A stretch of 63,965 nucleotides of DNA, the filler included, from Thelocarpon superellum (Eukaryota): assembly GCA_026025795.1 (NCBI GenBank). It is 5 parts of 5 records of this genome, joined end to end, with 100 filler letters (N's around TTAATTAATTAA, not from the genome) between each part and the next. Parts side by side here need not be neighbours in the genome. Positions count along the whole stretch, not along the records: positions 1 to 13,843 come from JAPEUG010000450.1; 4 more parts are not named here. One strand, 5' to 3'. Every line of letters begins with the position of its first letter. Position 1 is the first letter of the stretch. Positions 1 through 13,233 of the stretch are shown one piece after another. A model generated the notes under the pieces. That model was given only the letters and a program-made list of their open reading frames with translations. It was not told the DNA's origin and searched no databases. The position numbers were made by a program, and so were the translations under genes.

Positions 1-1249
1 CTATCGGACAAGTGCGGCGCGAAGGTATGACATCGTTACCGGTGCCGACAGAGGTGGGGGGGGGGGGATCGAGTACGGACGATTGCTTAAACACCTCTTG
101 CGTTCACCACTAGACCCTCGTCAAAAACTCGTGAAGCATCTCTGGTGCGTCCTTTGGGGCAAGCCATGGATTGTTTCGACCGAATCGAGGCGCCTGAACG
201 GCCTCCCTATCGAATGCTTTTGCCATTTGACTCTCTGATAGGATTGCTTTCGGACTTGTACAGCTTGACCGTCGCGGCTCCTGGCCCCCGGTCGATTTCG
301 TCGGCGTGATCATCTATCGCAGACCTCTTCGCCTCAAATCGCCCTTCCGAAAAGCGGTCGCGGGGGCCAGGGAGCCGCGGCGTTCGACGAAATTCTTAGC
401 CTCTACCATATCGGACTGGCCTCTTCGCCTTTGAGAATATGAGGTTGCGGGGGCCAGGAGCCACGACGTCCGACAGGAGACTTTGCCCCGACCGTTTGAT
501 ACCATCTATTCATTCATTCACTCAACACCTGGCGGATATGTATAAGGATACGAATACGAGTAGCATACGCTGAAGTCTATCATCAAACGTCGCGGCCCCC
601 CAGGCTCCTGGCCGTATCTTGGGGACGATTATGTATCCTGGACGTCTGTACCTCAGACTGAGACATACATATAGAGGTGCGATGGCCGGGAGCTACGACG
701 TTCGACCCAAAATTTAGTTTCGGTCGCTCCGTCCCTAACGAGCACCTATGATAGTATCCAAATGGGATTGCGTGACGCATCCAGGAGGATGGAAGTGAAT
801 GAGAACATTTCGTCAAGGTAATCATTTCCCTTTGGCATCAGCTGAGTGGACTCCTCTCGTACGTCCCACCACAGCTACAGTCTCGACGAACTGGCCCAAA
901 TCATTTCCATTGCGTCGAGTCGTGTCATAGAAAGCACGGCTGCATTGATTTGTATCGCGTCTCGGGCGGTCATTCGCGGCTACGGACTTTACTCGATAAG
1001 CCATCAGGTCATAGAGGACGACCAGGCCTGAGTGATGCAGATACACCAGACGCCAAAACCGAAGGAAAAGCCAGGTCTAGCCATCGCCTCGCCCAATCAA
1101 GGCGTAGGCGTCGCGTCGAAGGGAAAGGTAGCAGGACCACCACAGCCAACTCCCGCGTTCCCCATGTAGCAAATGGTCCCACCAGGAGCCTCCACGAGCC
1201 TCCGCCTGTCCGACTGTCCGACTGTCCGACACGCACATGCACGAGGATA

Positions 1250-2170
1250 TCATGCCTCGTCGGCCGCATTCGTGAGGGAGAGGTAGGCGGTCCACGCGAT
1301 GCTAACCGTCGACACCATGGGCTAGGCGGCCCAGTCAGCGATGAGATCGTCAAGAAAGGCTGGCACGGGCCGGGGATGTACCAGTTGCAATGGGAGGGGC
1401 ATAATGCGGAAATTGATCAGCTGCACCGCCGGCCAAACGATGTACATGGCCTTCATGGCCGGGAGGTAGACGTCCTGGAACTTGCGGAGCACCGCGCGCT
1501 TGCCTCCGCCCTCGGCAACGGTCATGAAGGTGAAGAAGCAGGCCAGACCTGGTGCAACCTTAGCAGGAGCTCAGCGGAGGACGATATGCACCGGTACGTA
1601 CCCACAGGCGCAAAGATCAGCTGATCCATCGCCACCCGTTTGAAGGCGGGCGCGGTCGCGGCAGCCTTGGTGATGGGAAAGGCCCGGGCCAGAAATTCGA
1701 ACCATTTGAACTGCACGGGTGCCATGATGAAGCCGTAGGCCATGAAGCGCGTCAGGCGCTCAAAGTCAAAGGGAGGTGGCAGATGTCGCGAGACGGGAAT
1801 CAGCTCATGAGCGGACAAAGGGTTCTTCTCATCGAGCTCGTGAATCTCGATGGCGACGGAATCATCCTTGGACACGCCGCCCGGCTTGCGCACGGCGCGT
1901 TGTCGGATGGCGGTCAATGATTGGGCCACGGTATCGGCGATGCCTCCGAGCACCTGATGAACAACATCCGATCAGCCAGTGCTAGTGTGCGCCGTTCCGG
2001 TGATGCACTTTGAACCCAGGACATACCGCATTCGTGATCATCATGGTCAACACTGTCCCATCCCGGTCGTTAGCCGATTTCTCGTGGTACCTGCCATGCA
2101 CTCCGGGCCTACCTGGTTTATCGGCATAGTAGGAGCTGAACTTGGCGACTAATCGTGATACGATGGCCAT
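1250..2170 (-). CDS. Mpv17/PMP22 family membrane protein (multi-exon)
   Basis: GT-AG introns join MAIVSRLVAKFSSYYADKP / VLTMMITNA / LGGIADTVAQ...FDFERLTRFMAYGF...RVAMDQLIFAP / FFTFMT...WPAVQLINFRIMP / MVSTVSIAWTAYLSLTNAADEA*. DQLIFAP, WP..Q.INF and W..YLS are Mpv17/PMP22 motifs. Confidence 0.9.
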
Positions 2171-3293
2171 CTCGACGAGGAAGACAATGGCGTGGAGGAG
2201 AGGCTGTGGAAAACGGGTGGCGACACGAATCAGTTCGTCTGGACGTCACCCGGCGGAAGCAGGAATTCGCGGTAAAAAATGCCGCCGCTACTCGGGCTGG
2301 CCGTAGGCGGGAGCCGACCAGGGCCAGCACGACTCACCACTTTGCCATAGATATACCGGCTATTCAACGTCGCCAGGAAGCGTCGCCTTGTTAACTCGAT
2401 CATCGTGTCGGTGCGAAGAAGGTCGAGGTCCCGGACGAAAGAGATGACGTGTCGCTCGGAAGTCGAGGGGAGCGAGGGAGGAGATGAGAGGAGAGGGAGC
2501 GCAAGACGTCAGCGTGTCCACTGGTCACGCTGCCGCGGGCGCTTGCCGAGTCCGAGAGGCGCCGATGCTGCGGTCCACCGTGCGTGCAGCGAGTGGGGAG
2601 TCGAGAGTCGTGGCCGTCACCGGATGCGAAACTTGGTGATGCACACAGGGTCGATGGTGGAGGATGAGACGTGCAAGATCGTGGAAGGACAGATCAATAC
2701 GGTGGTGGTGGCATGAAGCGTGGATGGTCATGAGGCAGATGAGAGAGTTGGAGAGGCGGTGGCATAGTAAGTGCGTCCAAGGGCTTTGGGTCGTTGGCCG
2801 AAAGAGGAGCGCAGAGCGAGGTAAAGTTCGTGAACTGGGGGGAGGGGGCTTTGGTCCGGGGACTACCGGTCTCCTGCCAGGTGGGTGGTGCGTGGGCATG
2901 AGCAAGTCATGTTAGTCGCAGGGTGCGGCCCGCTAACTGAAGTGAGCCACTGTCCAGGCGACCAGGACGGGGATGCCGCACCAAGCGACCAGAGAGCATG
3001 GCCGAGCGGCACCTGCGACTCTCGCTTCACCACTCCCATGAGGTGGGGGAGCCGGTCCAACCTCCAACGTCCAAGGGCAACGTCCAACGTGCAATGTTCC
3101 ACACCCGGGTTCCATCGTACGTCCAGAGCGAGGGGTACCCTAACGCCCAGATGCGGCTCCACCTATTACGATGAGAGGTGTCACTGTATGCCGGTGGTGA
3201 CCTTCTGCTCGATCTACAGGTCATGCTCATCTTTTCACGTGGTTCTGCCATCTGTCTTGCAGGAGTCAAGTTCGCTAGCACGTTCATCTTCTA

Positions 3294-5164
3294 TCAATGG
3301 CCTGGAGTATCTGGGTAGCACACGACGCTGGGCAGCTCCAACACCTCGATGGTGTGTTGAGTGGCGAGATCGACAACGCGGACCGCATCCACGCGTAGGA
3401 CGCCCACGTCTAAGGGGAGGAAGGTCAAGGCCGCGGCATGACACGCGCCTGGAGCCAGGGGCCTGTGGAAGGCAGCGTTATCAGCCACAGTCTCATCGCC
3501 GCGGTCCGGCACGCGAGCGTACTCACCCTACCCGCACATCTGCGCTGAGGCTCAAGAGCTCGGCCGGCTCGATTGCCGCGCTCTTCTGCATGGTATAGGT
3601 GATGTTCTCGTCGGCCACGGCCAGGGCGAGGTCGCGGCCTCTGTGCGGCGTCGTCGACATCGCCATTCGTGAGGGGGCCCGCTTGCTCTCGGCCCGTCTG
3701 CGACTCGGCAGCGGAACGAGGGCAAGCTTGCGATGGCCTTGCGACCGATTGAGCACCAGCACGGTCCAGTCAAAGGCACGACCCTTATACACCGTGGGCG
3801 GGCCGGAGATGGACAGCGTGATGCCAAAGTCCTCCATGGTCCCGGACCACTCGCCCGAAGGGGCGGCGGATCCGGTGCTGGTCAGGCTGGTGCGACGCGG
3901 CAGGGCACGCGACGGACCGTGGGTGCGGGCGGGCGTGGAGAGATCCACGTCGGACTGCCAGTGCATCAAGATGATGGGCCGGCAGTCATCGTCCACCAGC
4001 GCGGTGAGAGACATGCGAATCTCCAACGTCCGCACGGGTGAGGGATGGTGGAGCGATGATTCCGCCCGCTCCGCCGCCGCCGCCAGCCGATAGAGCAGCG
4101 TCATGTCGTCGCGGGGTCGGCAGGTCAAGGGCAGCCAGGCGTCGTGCGATCCCGTCAGGGGTTCGCACGTCCCGTCGGTCAGCCGGAGCGCGACGTCGTC
4201 GAGGCGCACGGCACAGTCGGCCACCGGGGTGACCTCGACCTCGAGCGAGGCGATGGTCGACGTCTTCCGCGCCGGCCCGGCCACGGTGGCGTAGCGCATA
4301 CGCGCGCTGGCCGCTGGCACGACCCGGAAGCTCTGCTGCGACGAGTTCCGCAATGGCCGGAGCAGCTCGCGTGTCACCGGCGCGGCCGGCACGACGCGCG
4401 ACACCCGCAGGGCCGAGAGGCGCGGGGCCACATGCGCCAATGCCGGATCATCCTGCAGCGCCTCGAGCAAGTTGAGTCCGGCCGGCACCTGGCTAGGGAG
4501 GTAGTCGTCGTCGCGCACCGTCGGCGACACTTGCTCCGCCGGCTTCAGCGTTGCCGTGGCCGCGAAGGTCACGACGGGGTTCGCAATCCGCATGCGTGGC
4601 CGACCCAAGAAGACATTGAGCTTCCATACCGCGAAGACATGCCCGGGATCCTCCTCTTCGCTGTCGGGTGCGCCGCCATGCACGATGATGAGCGGGTCCT
4701 CGAGCTCGTTCACCGTGCCGGAGAAGATGAGATCGCGCGCCGGTTTGGTCGGGGCGGTGGGGCTGTCGTCTCGGCCGTTGGGCGGCGGCGGGGGGGGATG
4801 GAGGTTGACGGCGTGGGCGTCCAAGGCGATGACCAGGCGCGAGAGGTAGGACGTGAGCAGGTGCTCCTCCTGATAGGGCGTGCGCAGGATGACGTAGACC
4901 ACCAGCCTTTCATCTGTCAACCTAGCAATAAGTAAGAGGATGCATCGGTGGTGGAAGTTGGACACGCCCACCAAAGTAGAGCAGACGACGCTGCGCGATC
5001 TTGGACAGCGGCGAGGCGTTCTGATCGTCATCAAGGGCGTTGGCGGCACTCAATTCACTTTCAATGTCGATGTCCGTCTTGCGCGGCACCAGCGTCTCGA
5101 GCACCGCGCTCTCCACGAACTCGCCGCTGGACCGCGAGGCCGAGGTGGCGTCGGGATCCGCCAT
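3294..5164 (-). CDS. TRS65: TRAPP II complex-specific subunit Trs65-like protein (3 exons)
   Basis: Exons 4922-5164 (…QRRLLYF), the 3523-5049 ORF core (DERLVVYVILRTP…) and 3294-3512. The C-terminus LLSLSADVRVGPLAPGACH…LPL..GVLRVDAVRVVDL matches the fungal Trs65 domain as recalled. Confidence 0.8.
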
Positions 5165-5328
5165 GCTCAGGCGTGCGGGAGGAGATGGCTAGAGTCGTTT
5201 GCCATGGCCAGGGTGTGAGGGAGTCCCAATGAACACAGGTTGATAGTGAAGCCAGGTGCAGGGATATGGGGGTGTGGGGGTGTGGGGGTGCAATGTGCAC
5301 CGCCAAACGCCGTTTCGTCTTCCTCGAC

Positions 5329-5390
5329 TCTGGTGTCTGGGGTCTGGTGTCTGGTGTCTGGGGTCTGGTGTCTGGTGTCTGGTGTCTGGT
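5329..5390. repeat. 7-bp tandem repeat (TCTGGTG/TCTGGGG) x ~9
   Basis: Directly visible, in the intergenic region between the divergent TRS65 and PRP40 genes. Confidence 0.95.
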
Positions 5391-5579
5391 CTCCCGTTCG
5401 TCGTGTCGTTGCTCGTTGCTTGGCGCTCGTGTGTTGTCTCGTGTCGCAGCAAAAAGTCTCGCGCCAATCAGCTTGACCGACCGTTTTGCAACGTGATCCT
5501 CTCTTCAACACCGCCACCAAATCAGGATTGCTCGACGGGCGACCAATCCCCTTCTCCCTGGCCATCCTTCCACCTCACC

Positions 5580-8416
5580 ATGGCCGACACGGCCGGTCGA
5601 CCTGGCCCGCCCGGCCTGTGGCAGGAGGCGCGCAATGCCGACGGCCGCGTTTACTACTACAATACCCAGACCAAAGCCACGCAATGGACGAAGCCCGAGG
5701 ATCTCATGACGCCGGCCGAGGTGAGCGGCTGGAAGCTGAACCCGTGTCGCCTGATGACATGACCTGACTGACCGCTCTCGTAGCGCGCGCTGGCCCAGCA
5801 GCCATGGAAAGAATACACGGCGGAAGGGGGCCGGAAATACTGGTACGACACCGAGACGAAGCAGAGCTCGTGGGAGATGCCCGAAGCCTACAAGCACGCT
5901 TTGGCGCAGGACCACCCCCCCGCGCGTCCTGCGGCGCCGGCGCCCACCTTTGTCGCAGGGGGCAATGCTTCGTTTTCGGCCTACCCGGCGCAGTCGCAGT
6001 CGCAGTCCCACGAGCCCATGGGGATGGAGCGGCAGATTGCGTATGGCAACAACGATGTCAATGGCTCGCGCGCCGCTCTGGTCACCACTTCGCACATGGA
6101 TCCCGACTACGCCACCTTCGAGGAGGCCGAGGCAGCCTTCCTGAAGCTGCTGCGCCGCACCGGCGTGCAACCGGAATGGTCGTGGGAGCAGACGATGCGC
6201 GCCATCATCAAGGACCCGCAGTACCGGGCCCTGAAAGACCCCAAGGATCGGCGCCTGGCCTTTGAGAAGTACGCCGTCGAGGTGCGCCTGCAGGAGAAGG
6301 ACCGGGCCAAGGAGCGGCTGGCCAAGCTGCGGGCCGACTTTGGCATCATGCTGCGCAGCCACCCGGAGATCAAGCACTACACGCGTTGGAAGACGGCGCG
6401 GCCCATCATCGCGGGCGAGACCATCTTCCGCTCGACCAACGACGACGACGAGCGCCGCCAGCTGTTTGAGGAGTACATCATCGAGCTGAAGAAGGGCCAT
6501 GCGGATCGCGAGGCCACGATGCGCAAGGCGGCCCGCGATGAGCTGGTCGGGCTTCTCAAGGCCCTGAATCTGGAACCCTACACCCGCTGGGCCGAGGCGC
6601 GCGACATCATCCGATCCGATGAACGCTTTCAAGCGGATGCCAAGTTTCAGACGCTCAGCAAGTCGGACATCTTGACCGCCTTCGACCACCACATCAGGTC
6701 GCTGGAACGCAGCTTCAACGACGCGCGCCAGCAGCAGAAGAACGCGCGGATCCGACGCGAGCGACAGAACCGGGATCGGTTCCAGGTGCTGCTGGAAGAG
6801 TTGCGGGCCAGTGGGAAGATCAAGGCTGGGACCAAGTGGAGCCAGATTCATCCACTGATCGAGCATGATGATCGATACGCCGCCATGCTGGGACAATCTG
6901 GGTCGACGCCGCTCGATTTCTTCTGGGACGTGGTGGAACAAGAGGAGCGAGCGCTACGGAGCAAGCGGAACGAGGTGCTGGACGTGTTGGATGTAAGGAT
7001 GCCTGATGGACGAGCGGTGTCATGTGCGGTAGTGACTGATTTCACGGCAGGACAAACGATTTGAAATCCAGAAGAAGACGACGCTGGAAGAGTTCATGTC
7101 AGTGGTTGGCGCCGATCGACGAACGGCACACCTCGACCAGGATGCTCTACGGCTCATCTTCGAGCGGGTATGTCTGTCCTATCGTTGGTTCTCCCACGGC
7201 CCTACTGACAACCACCAGCTCCGGGAGAAGAACGTACGTCGCAGCGAAGATGACAAGCACCAAGCCGAGCGTCAACACCGACGGGGTATTGACGCACTGC
7301 GATCGAAGATCAAGCACCTAGACCCGGCCGTGGGTCTGACGGACTCGTGGGAGCAAGTGCGGGCCCGGATCCAGCATCTAGACGAGTACCGGGCGCTCGA
7401 GTCGGACGAGCTCCGACGGTCCGCCTTTGAAAAGTTCATGCGGCGACTCAAGGAACGAGATGAGGACGGCGAACGGGAGCGCGATCGCGACCGCGACCGA
7501 CGAGACAAAGAGCGCGACCGCGACCGCGATCGCGAGCGAGAGCGTGGCACCAGTCTGGGCGACAAGATACCACCTCGACATCGCTCCCGCGACGCCCGCA
7601 ACGGGTACGGCTCTCATCGTGGCGGGGGCGGGGGACGACACGGCCGACTCAGTCGGAGCCCGGAACCCGATGCGTACGAGGCCGAGCGCAAGAAAGCGCA
7701 GGCCGAGCGCGAGCGACAATACCGCAAGGCGAGCGTGACGGGGCTCAGCCCACCGCATCACCGCGGAGACCGTGAACGCGGCGATCGAGACCGAGACCGA
7801 GAGCGGGAGCGCGATCGGGACCGTGAGCGTGGTGGTGATCGCGACCGAGACCGAGACCGCGAGCGTGGCACCAGTCGCACCGTCTTTGACCGTGGCGAGC
7901 GACGAGAGCGGGGGGCGGGTGCGGGTGCGGGAGCGGGTGCTGTCGGCGAAGACGAACGAGAGCGTCTATACCGCACGCGTGGCGATCCCAAGGGCAGCCG
8001 TGATGAGCTTGACTACGGCGAGGGCCGCAGTGGCGGTGGAAGCGGCGGCGGCGGACGGAGACGGCCCAGGGGCGACAGCGATGGCGATGTCGAGAGCGTG
8101 GGAAACGGACGGCGCGATTCGAAGGTTGGCCCTCTTGCTTTTCCATCCCCCTTCTCTCTTCTTATCCTGAACCGTGTGGCTCATGAGCGTCTCGCAGCGA
8201 TCTCGCCGTGATCGATCCCCGTTGGCACCGAGGGGAGACCGCTCCCCCGCGGGCCCAGCATCCGCATCTGCGTCTGCCGCCCCACCTGCTACCTCGCGAT
8301 CCGGCGCGCCCAGAAAGGATGCTCGATCGACGGCTACCGCCCCGTCGCGATCAGAGGCGGTGGATGCAAAGGAGGTGCATTCTGGTAGCGAGGAGGGGGA
8401 GATTGAGGAGGAGTAG
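5580..8416 (+). CDS. PRP40: U1 snRNP-associated splicing factor Prp40 (2 WW + FF domains, RD/RE-rich tail)
   Basis: WW domains [26 protein letters not shown] and [28 protein letters not shown] repeats (AEAAFLKLL…W.WEQTMR.II.DPQY); C-terminal [13 protein letters not shown] introns near 5721, 6993, 7168 and 8126. Confidence 0.95.
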
Positions 8417-9287
8417 CTACCATAGGGGCCCGGAAGTCGTTGAGGTGGCAGCGAGGGTAGGAGTAGCGTTGGGAAAGATAATAATGGAAGAATCGTCGTA
8501 GCTCTGGGGTGCCATGTATAGCAATTAGCAGTATGTTACGCGGTAGGATACGAGGAGAGTCACATCAAAGGAATGACTATACCGAGGTGTTCCATAGACA
8601 TGAGCTTTCGGTGGTTTGAGCCCGCCAAGTGATTGCTCTTGCCCTGACGCGGCATAGACTGAGGCATTGAGGCGTCACGGCAAGGAGGCGTGGCGGCATT
8701 TGCGACCCCGCGGAGCCCAAGGGTGCATTCACTGGAGACGTTTAAGTGCCAGACTGAGCGTTCATGGTGATGGTGACTTATCGTTTCAAAGTCACACGTA
8801 TGATGAACAGCCAGAGCAGAGAGCAGGGTGGATGTATGTAGTGGTATAACTCCCTGGAAGCATGGAGACACTTGACCAATCTACCACCACATCCACGTAT
8901 CAATCTACGTTACAGCAGCACGCACCATGATACGCTCCTTCTTCCAGGACCCACGTCGACTTCTTCCTTTCTCTTCCACTTCTTCTCACGCTTTACCACC
9001 TCATGTTCCCACCACCAAGCAAGCAAGCAAGCAAGCGGTTCCATGCAATTTTCTACGCTCAGGCTCGCTTCCGCGCGGCACTTCTCGCCACGTTCGCCAC
9101 GTTCGCCATGGCGCGAGACCAAGGGGTTCAACCCAGAAGGTCTAGGGAGTGAGAAGAGAAGGATGTCGCGGATTTATTTACTTGTGTCGGTGAGAGTCCA
9201 CGGAGAAAGCCGACGACTTATCGAGCGGGAACGCTTGAGTTTGGAAGTCCTATATTGCCACGCCATTGCTTCATGGGGTCCGAAAAG

Positions 9288-9841
9288 TCACTCTCCTCCT
9301 CCCCCTCCTCCTCCCCCTCCCCCTCCTCCCCCTCCACCGTCTCCTCCGCCGCTATCACCTCCTCCATCTCCACTGCTAGAAGGATCATCAGCATAAACAA
9401 CTCCACAACATTCGCTCATACTCGACCACACAATAAGATATAGACGAGAGAGCGCAAAGACAAGTTGATGGCGAGGCGAACAATCACCAAGGAGAAGAAC
9501 ACATACCTTCCGGAACTACTGCTACCCCCTCCACTTCCTCCACCTCCTCCACCTCCACCGTTGGATGAACGGACGCTGAAATAGACTGCTAATGCGATAG
9601 CGAGTGCGACGAGCAAGATAAACGCAAAGCAAGCCAACAATTGACCGGGCTTGAAGTTGGTCAAGCGCTTGCGGCGGCGGAGCACAGACCGGGTCGTCTC
9701 CCTTCTCGCCCCCCACTCTTGGTCTTCTCCTGCGCTCGCGTTGACAATGTCGATGGGATTGGCGGTGATTGATCTCGTCTGGTCGCGGTCGACTAGAACG
9801 AACCTCCCCTCGCCTGCAGCTGCTTCATCGCCTTTGCCCAT
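9288..9841 (-). CDS. Small single-pass membrane protein with Gly/Ser/Asp C-terminal tail (hypothetical, 2 exons)
   Basis: MGKGDEAAAG…RRRKRLTNFKPGQ, then hydrophobic LLACFAFILLVALAIALAVYFSV, then poly-Gly. An intron GTATGT…GCTGAT…CTAG joins in frame to SGDGGGDSGGGDGGG…GE*. Confidence 0.6.
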
Positions 9842-10893
9842 TGTACAGCATACCACATGTTCTGGGTACCACGCCTAAATCTCTCGATCCACCTGAAGTG
9901 ACCATTGGTGGTAAGGAGAGCTCGAATGGGACGGGGGAAAGGTAGGTCACGTATGCACCGAACCATTCGGTGGGACGTGAAGAGAGGGGAACATCGGGTC
10001 TTTTAATGACGGCCTGGGGCAAACCTGGGCAGGCTCGGGGAGCAGGAAGTATGGTCATTCGTCGAGGAACGAATACGACACATCAGGGCTTGGCCGTGGC
10101 ATGCCGCAGAGCAAGGCTGCCATGACTGCAGCGCCGGTAGGACAGCTGCTCAGCCTTGTCTGGTTGGCACTACTGCATACCGTCACGCGATGAAGTTGGA
10201 CGGAGACCCGTCCCCAACAACATGACTTCCCTCGCCCTAACATATACGCGGACGTGCATGCTGCCAATACTGCCGGGTAGGCGACTTGGCGTGGGGTCAG
10301 CAACGGCAAGGAAAGAGCAAGACTCGGTGCCTGCGAAAGAAGCGAGTATTTACTCGTCCTCATCCTCTTCTGCACTGGCTTCGACCGAGACTCTACGGGC
10401 TTTGCTGCCCGCCGGTGGGACTGTGCGAGCCGCATGGAACAGTTAGTCGATCGCAGAACAGCCTCGTCGTGAATACTCGCACACTACTATGATGCGCTTG
10501 CACATCGCTGCGCTAGCCGGACACACTTGCACACCCGTGCCTACAAACCGTACTGCCAGATCTGGTGGTCCAAGGCCACGTTTGCTAGACAATGGAGAAG
10601 CGTTGAACGAAGCAATATGGTCTGGGGATCTTTCGTGTCCATTTGCCTCTAGGACATCCCGAGAAATGAGATCAGTGATCCCGTGCCCTACACTACGTTG
10701 GAGTCCATCTCCCAGTAGGGCTCCCTGGTGAGGTTTCCCAGTGGGGTTGCCCAGTCGGTTCCATGCATCCATCTACTTCTTATGCGCTCGTCACGATGAT
10801 TCCGTCATAAGCCCGTCCGGCGACGGACGACCTCGGTCCAATGCCCGGTATGCTCTCGATCGTCAATCACTCACCACAGCATCTACAGCCCAT

Positions 10894-13233
10894 TCATTTT
10901 TCGTCTTCGAGGAAGAACTATCACATCCGCCGAATCAGCCTCGCTCTGCTCCAGCGTGAGAGAGCTGGAGTCACTCACGTAATTCCCATTCAACTTCTGC
11001 TCCTGATCCAACTGGCTCTGGTACTTGTTGATGCGGGGGCGGTACGAGTTGGGATCACGGCGGAAGGTCACGTCGAGGTTCTTGAGGAACTTGTTGCATC
11101 CCGTCAACAGACTCTCGGGCGCGTTGGCCCGCGCGTCCACCGATGGTTGCCCGTCAAAGACGATGACCCGGTCGGCCAGGTACGTCGCCATGATGAAATC
11201 GTGCTCGACAATAAATGCCGTCTTCTTCGAGTGCATGATGAAGCGCTTGATCACCCGGGCCGCGATGATGCGCTGCTCCGAGTCCAGGTACCTGTGCCAC
11301 ATCAGCTCACAAGCCGTGGGGGCATGGGATCGAACGAGCACCTACGCGCTAGGTTCATCGATCAGATAGATGTCCGCGGGGATGCCCAGCGCCAACACGA
11401 TGGCCACCCGCTGCAATTCACCACCCGATAGATGCTGCACGTCTTGGTCGATGAAGTCATCCAGCTTCAGCGGCTTGTACACATCCGTCTGGAACTGCGG
11501 ACTCAAGAAGGCAGCCTTGATCTTCTTGAAGAAGAGCTGTCGCACCGTGCCCTGGAACTTGGGCGTGATCTTCTGCGGTTTCATGCTGATGTTCATCGGC
11601 GGCACCTTCTGCGTGCCGTCCGGCTTCTCTGCGCCCGCCAGCATCTTGCAGAACGTCGTCTTGCCCGTGCCGTTCTCGCCCATCATCACGATGATCTCCG
11701 AATCGGTAAAGTCACCCTCCTCGACTCTGAGGTGGAATCCGCCCAGCGTCTTCTCCATGCTGGGGTAGGTGAAGGCGCGGGACTTGTCCACCATGAACTC
11801 GTCGCCAGCCTCGGCGATGCGGAACTGCAGCGACTCCTCTCGGAACCGGAGGTTCTCCGTGGGGATGTTTCCGTCCAAGAAGATGTTGATGCCTTCGCGT
11901 ACCGATGCCGGCATCGTCACCACACCATACACCGCCGGCTTGCCGTACAGCACGCAGATGAAGTCGGAGAGATAGTCGAGCACCGACAGATCGTGCTCGA
12001 CCACAATAACGTAGTCGTCGGGCCGGAGCAGGTTGCGAATCGTTTTGGCCGCATTGAGACGCTGCTTGACGTCGAGATAGGACGAAGGCTCATCGAACAT
12101 GTACCTGTGCGCGCGCGTCAGTCTCCTTCCGATTCGCGTCATGCGAGAACAGGCGGAAGTCATACACGTCCGCTTTCTGCACGCAGACGATGCCAATGGC
12201 GAATCGCTGCAGCTCCCCTCCTGACAGCAGACCAATATCCCGGTCCAGTACCTGCTCCAGCTCTGTTGCCACGTCAGCGCGTCCGTGCTACCGGCCAGGA
12301 GGACGCATCGGCTGACCTAGCACGTCGCAGATCTCCTTCAGATTGTCCATCTGGGTCCGAGCCTTGAGCAGCGCCTGTACGCTCTGCTCGGGGCCCTTGA
12401 CGGCCTTCGGGATCTGATCGACATACTGCGGCTTGACCACGGCCTTGAGATCATCTTCGAGCACCTTGGTAAAGTAGTCTGCGAGGTTCAGCGGGCGGAG
12501 ATCGAAGGACGGGAACATAGCACGCGGCCACGCGGGCGCAATTAGTCACGCACTTTGTAATTCCGAGCCCCGGAAGTGTTTCAGAATCTCCTCCCAGTCG
12601 GGCGGATTATCATATCGACCCAGGTTGGGCTTCAGCTTGCCACTCAGGATCTTCAGCGCCGTGCTCTTTCCGATGCCGTTAGTCCCGACCAGTCCCAGGA
12701 CCTGCCCAGGCCGTGGCATAGGCAGACGGTGGAGTTTGAAACTGTTGGCCGAGTAGCGGTGGGTGACTTGCGTCTCGAGGTTGGTGGGCAGGTTGATGAT
12801 GTTGATGGCCGCGAACGGGCACTTCTTGGGACAGATGCCGCATCCGATGCACAGCCGCTCCGAGATGTATGCGATCTTGGAGTCCGCCGTGACTTCGATG
12901 CACAGCTTCCCCGTCCGGACGACGGGGCAAGACTTTTTGCATTCTTGGCGGCATTTCTGGACGAGGTGTGAGTATGATCCTCCACACCTTCAGAGGGACA
13001 GGGCGGTCACCGACCTTTGGTTTGCACTGGAGCCCGCCAGGAGTTGTTAGTAGATATCTTTTCGTAATGGTGGGGTAGCGGGGTAGTGGGGGGCGCGAGG
13101 GGACCAGAAACTTCGCGGGGACCCGACACACCTTGTCACTGTTCACGATAGCGATTCTATGGACGAGCAATTAGTGGACGGATTATCCGTCTATGAGGGC
13201 GGGCTCATTTTACCGGGTGAGTTTGTCCGACAT
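10894..13233 (-). CDS. RLI1: ABCE1/RLI1 ribosome recycling ATPase (Fe-S domain + 2 ABC domains)
   Basis: [32 protein letters not shown]…[13 protein letters not shown]; Walker [10 protein letters not shown] and GENGTGKTT; two LSGGELQR signatures; C-terminus GNYFFLEDEK*. All introns reconstruct as GT-AG. Confidence 0.98.

Noticed and set aside
5505..6941. 478-aa antisense ORF over PRP40 (similarly 11432-12367, 34728-35684, 43118-44569)
   Set aside because: Shadow ORFs expected from GC-rich codon usage on the opposite strand; no recognisable motifs.
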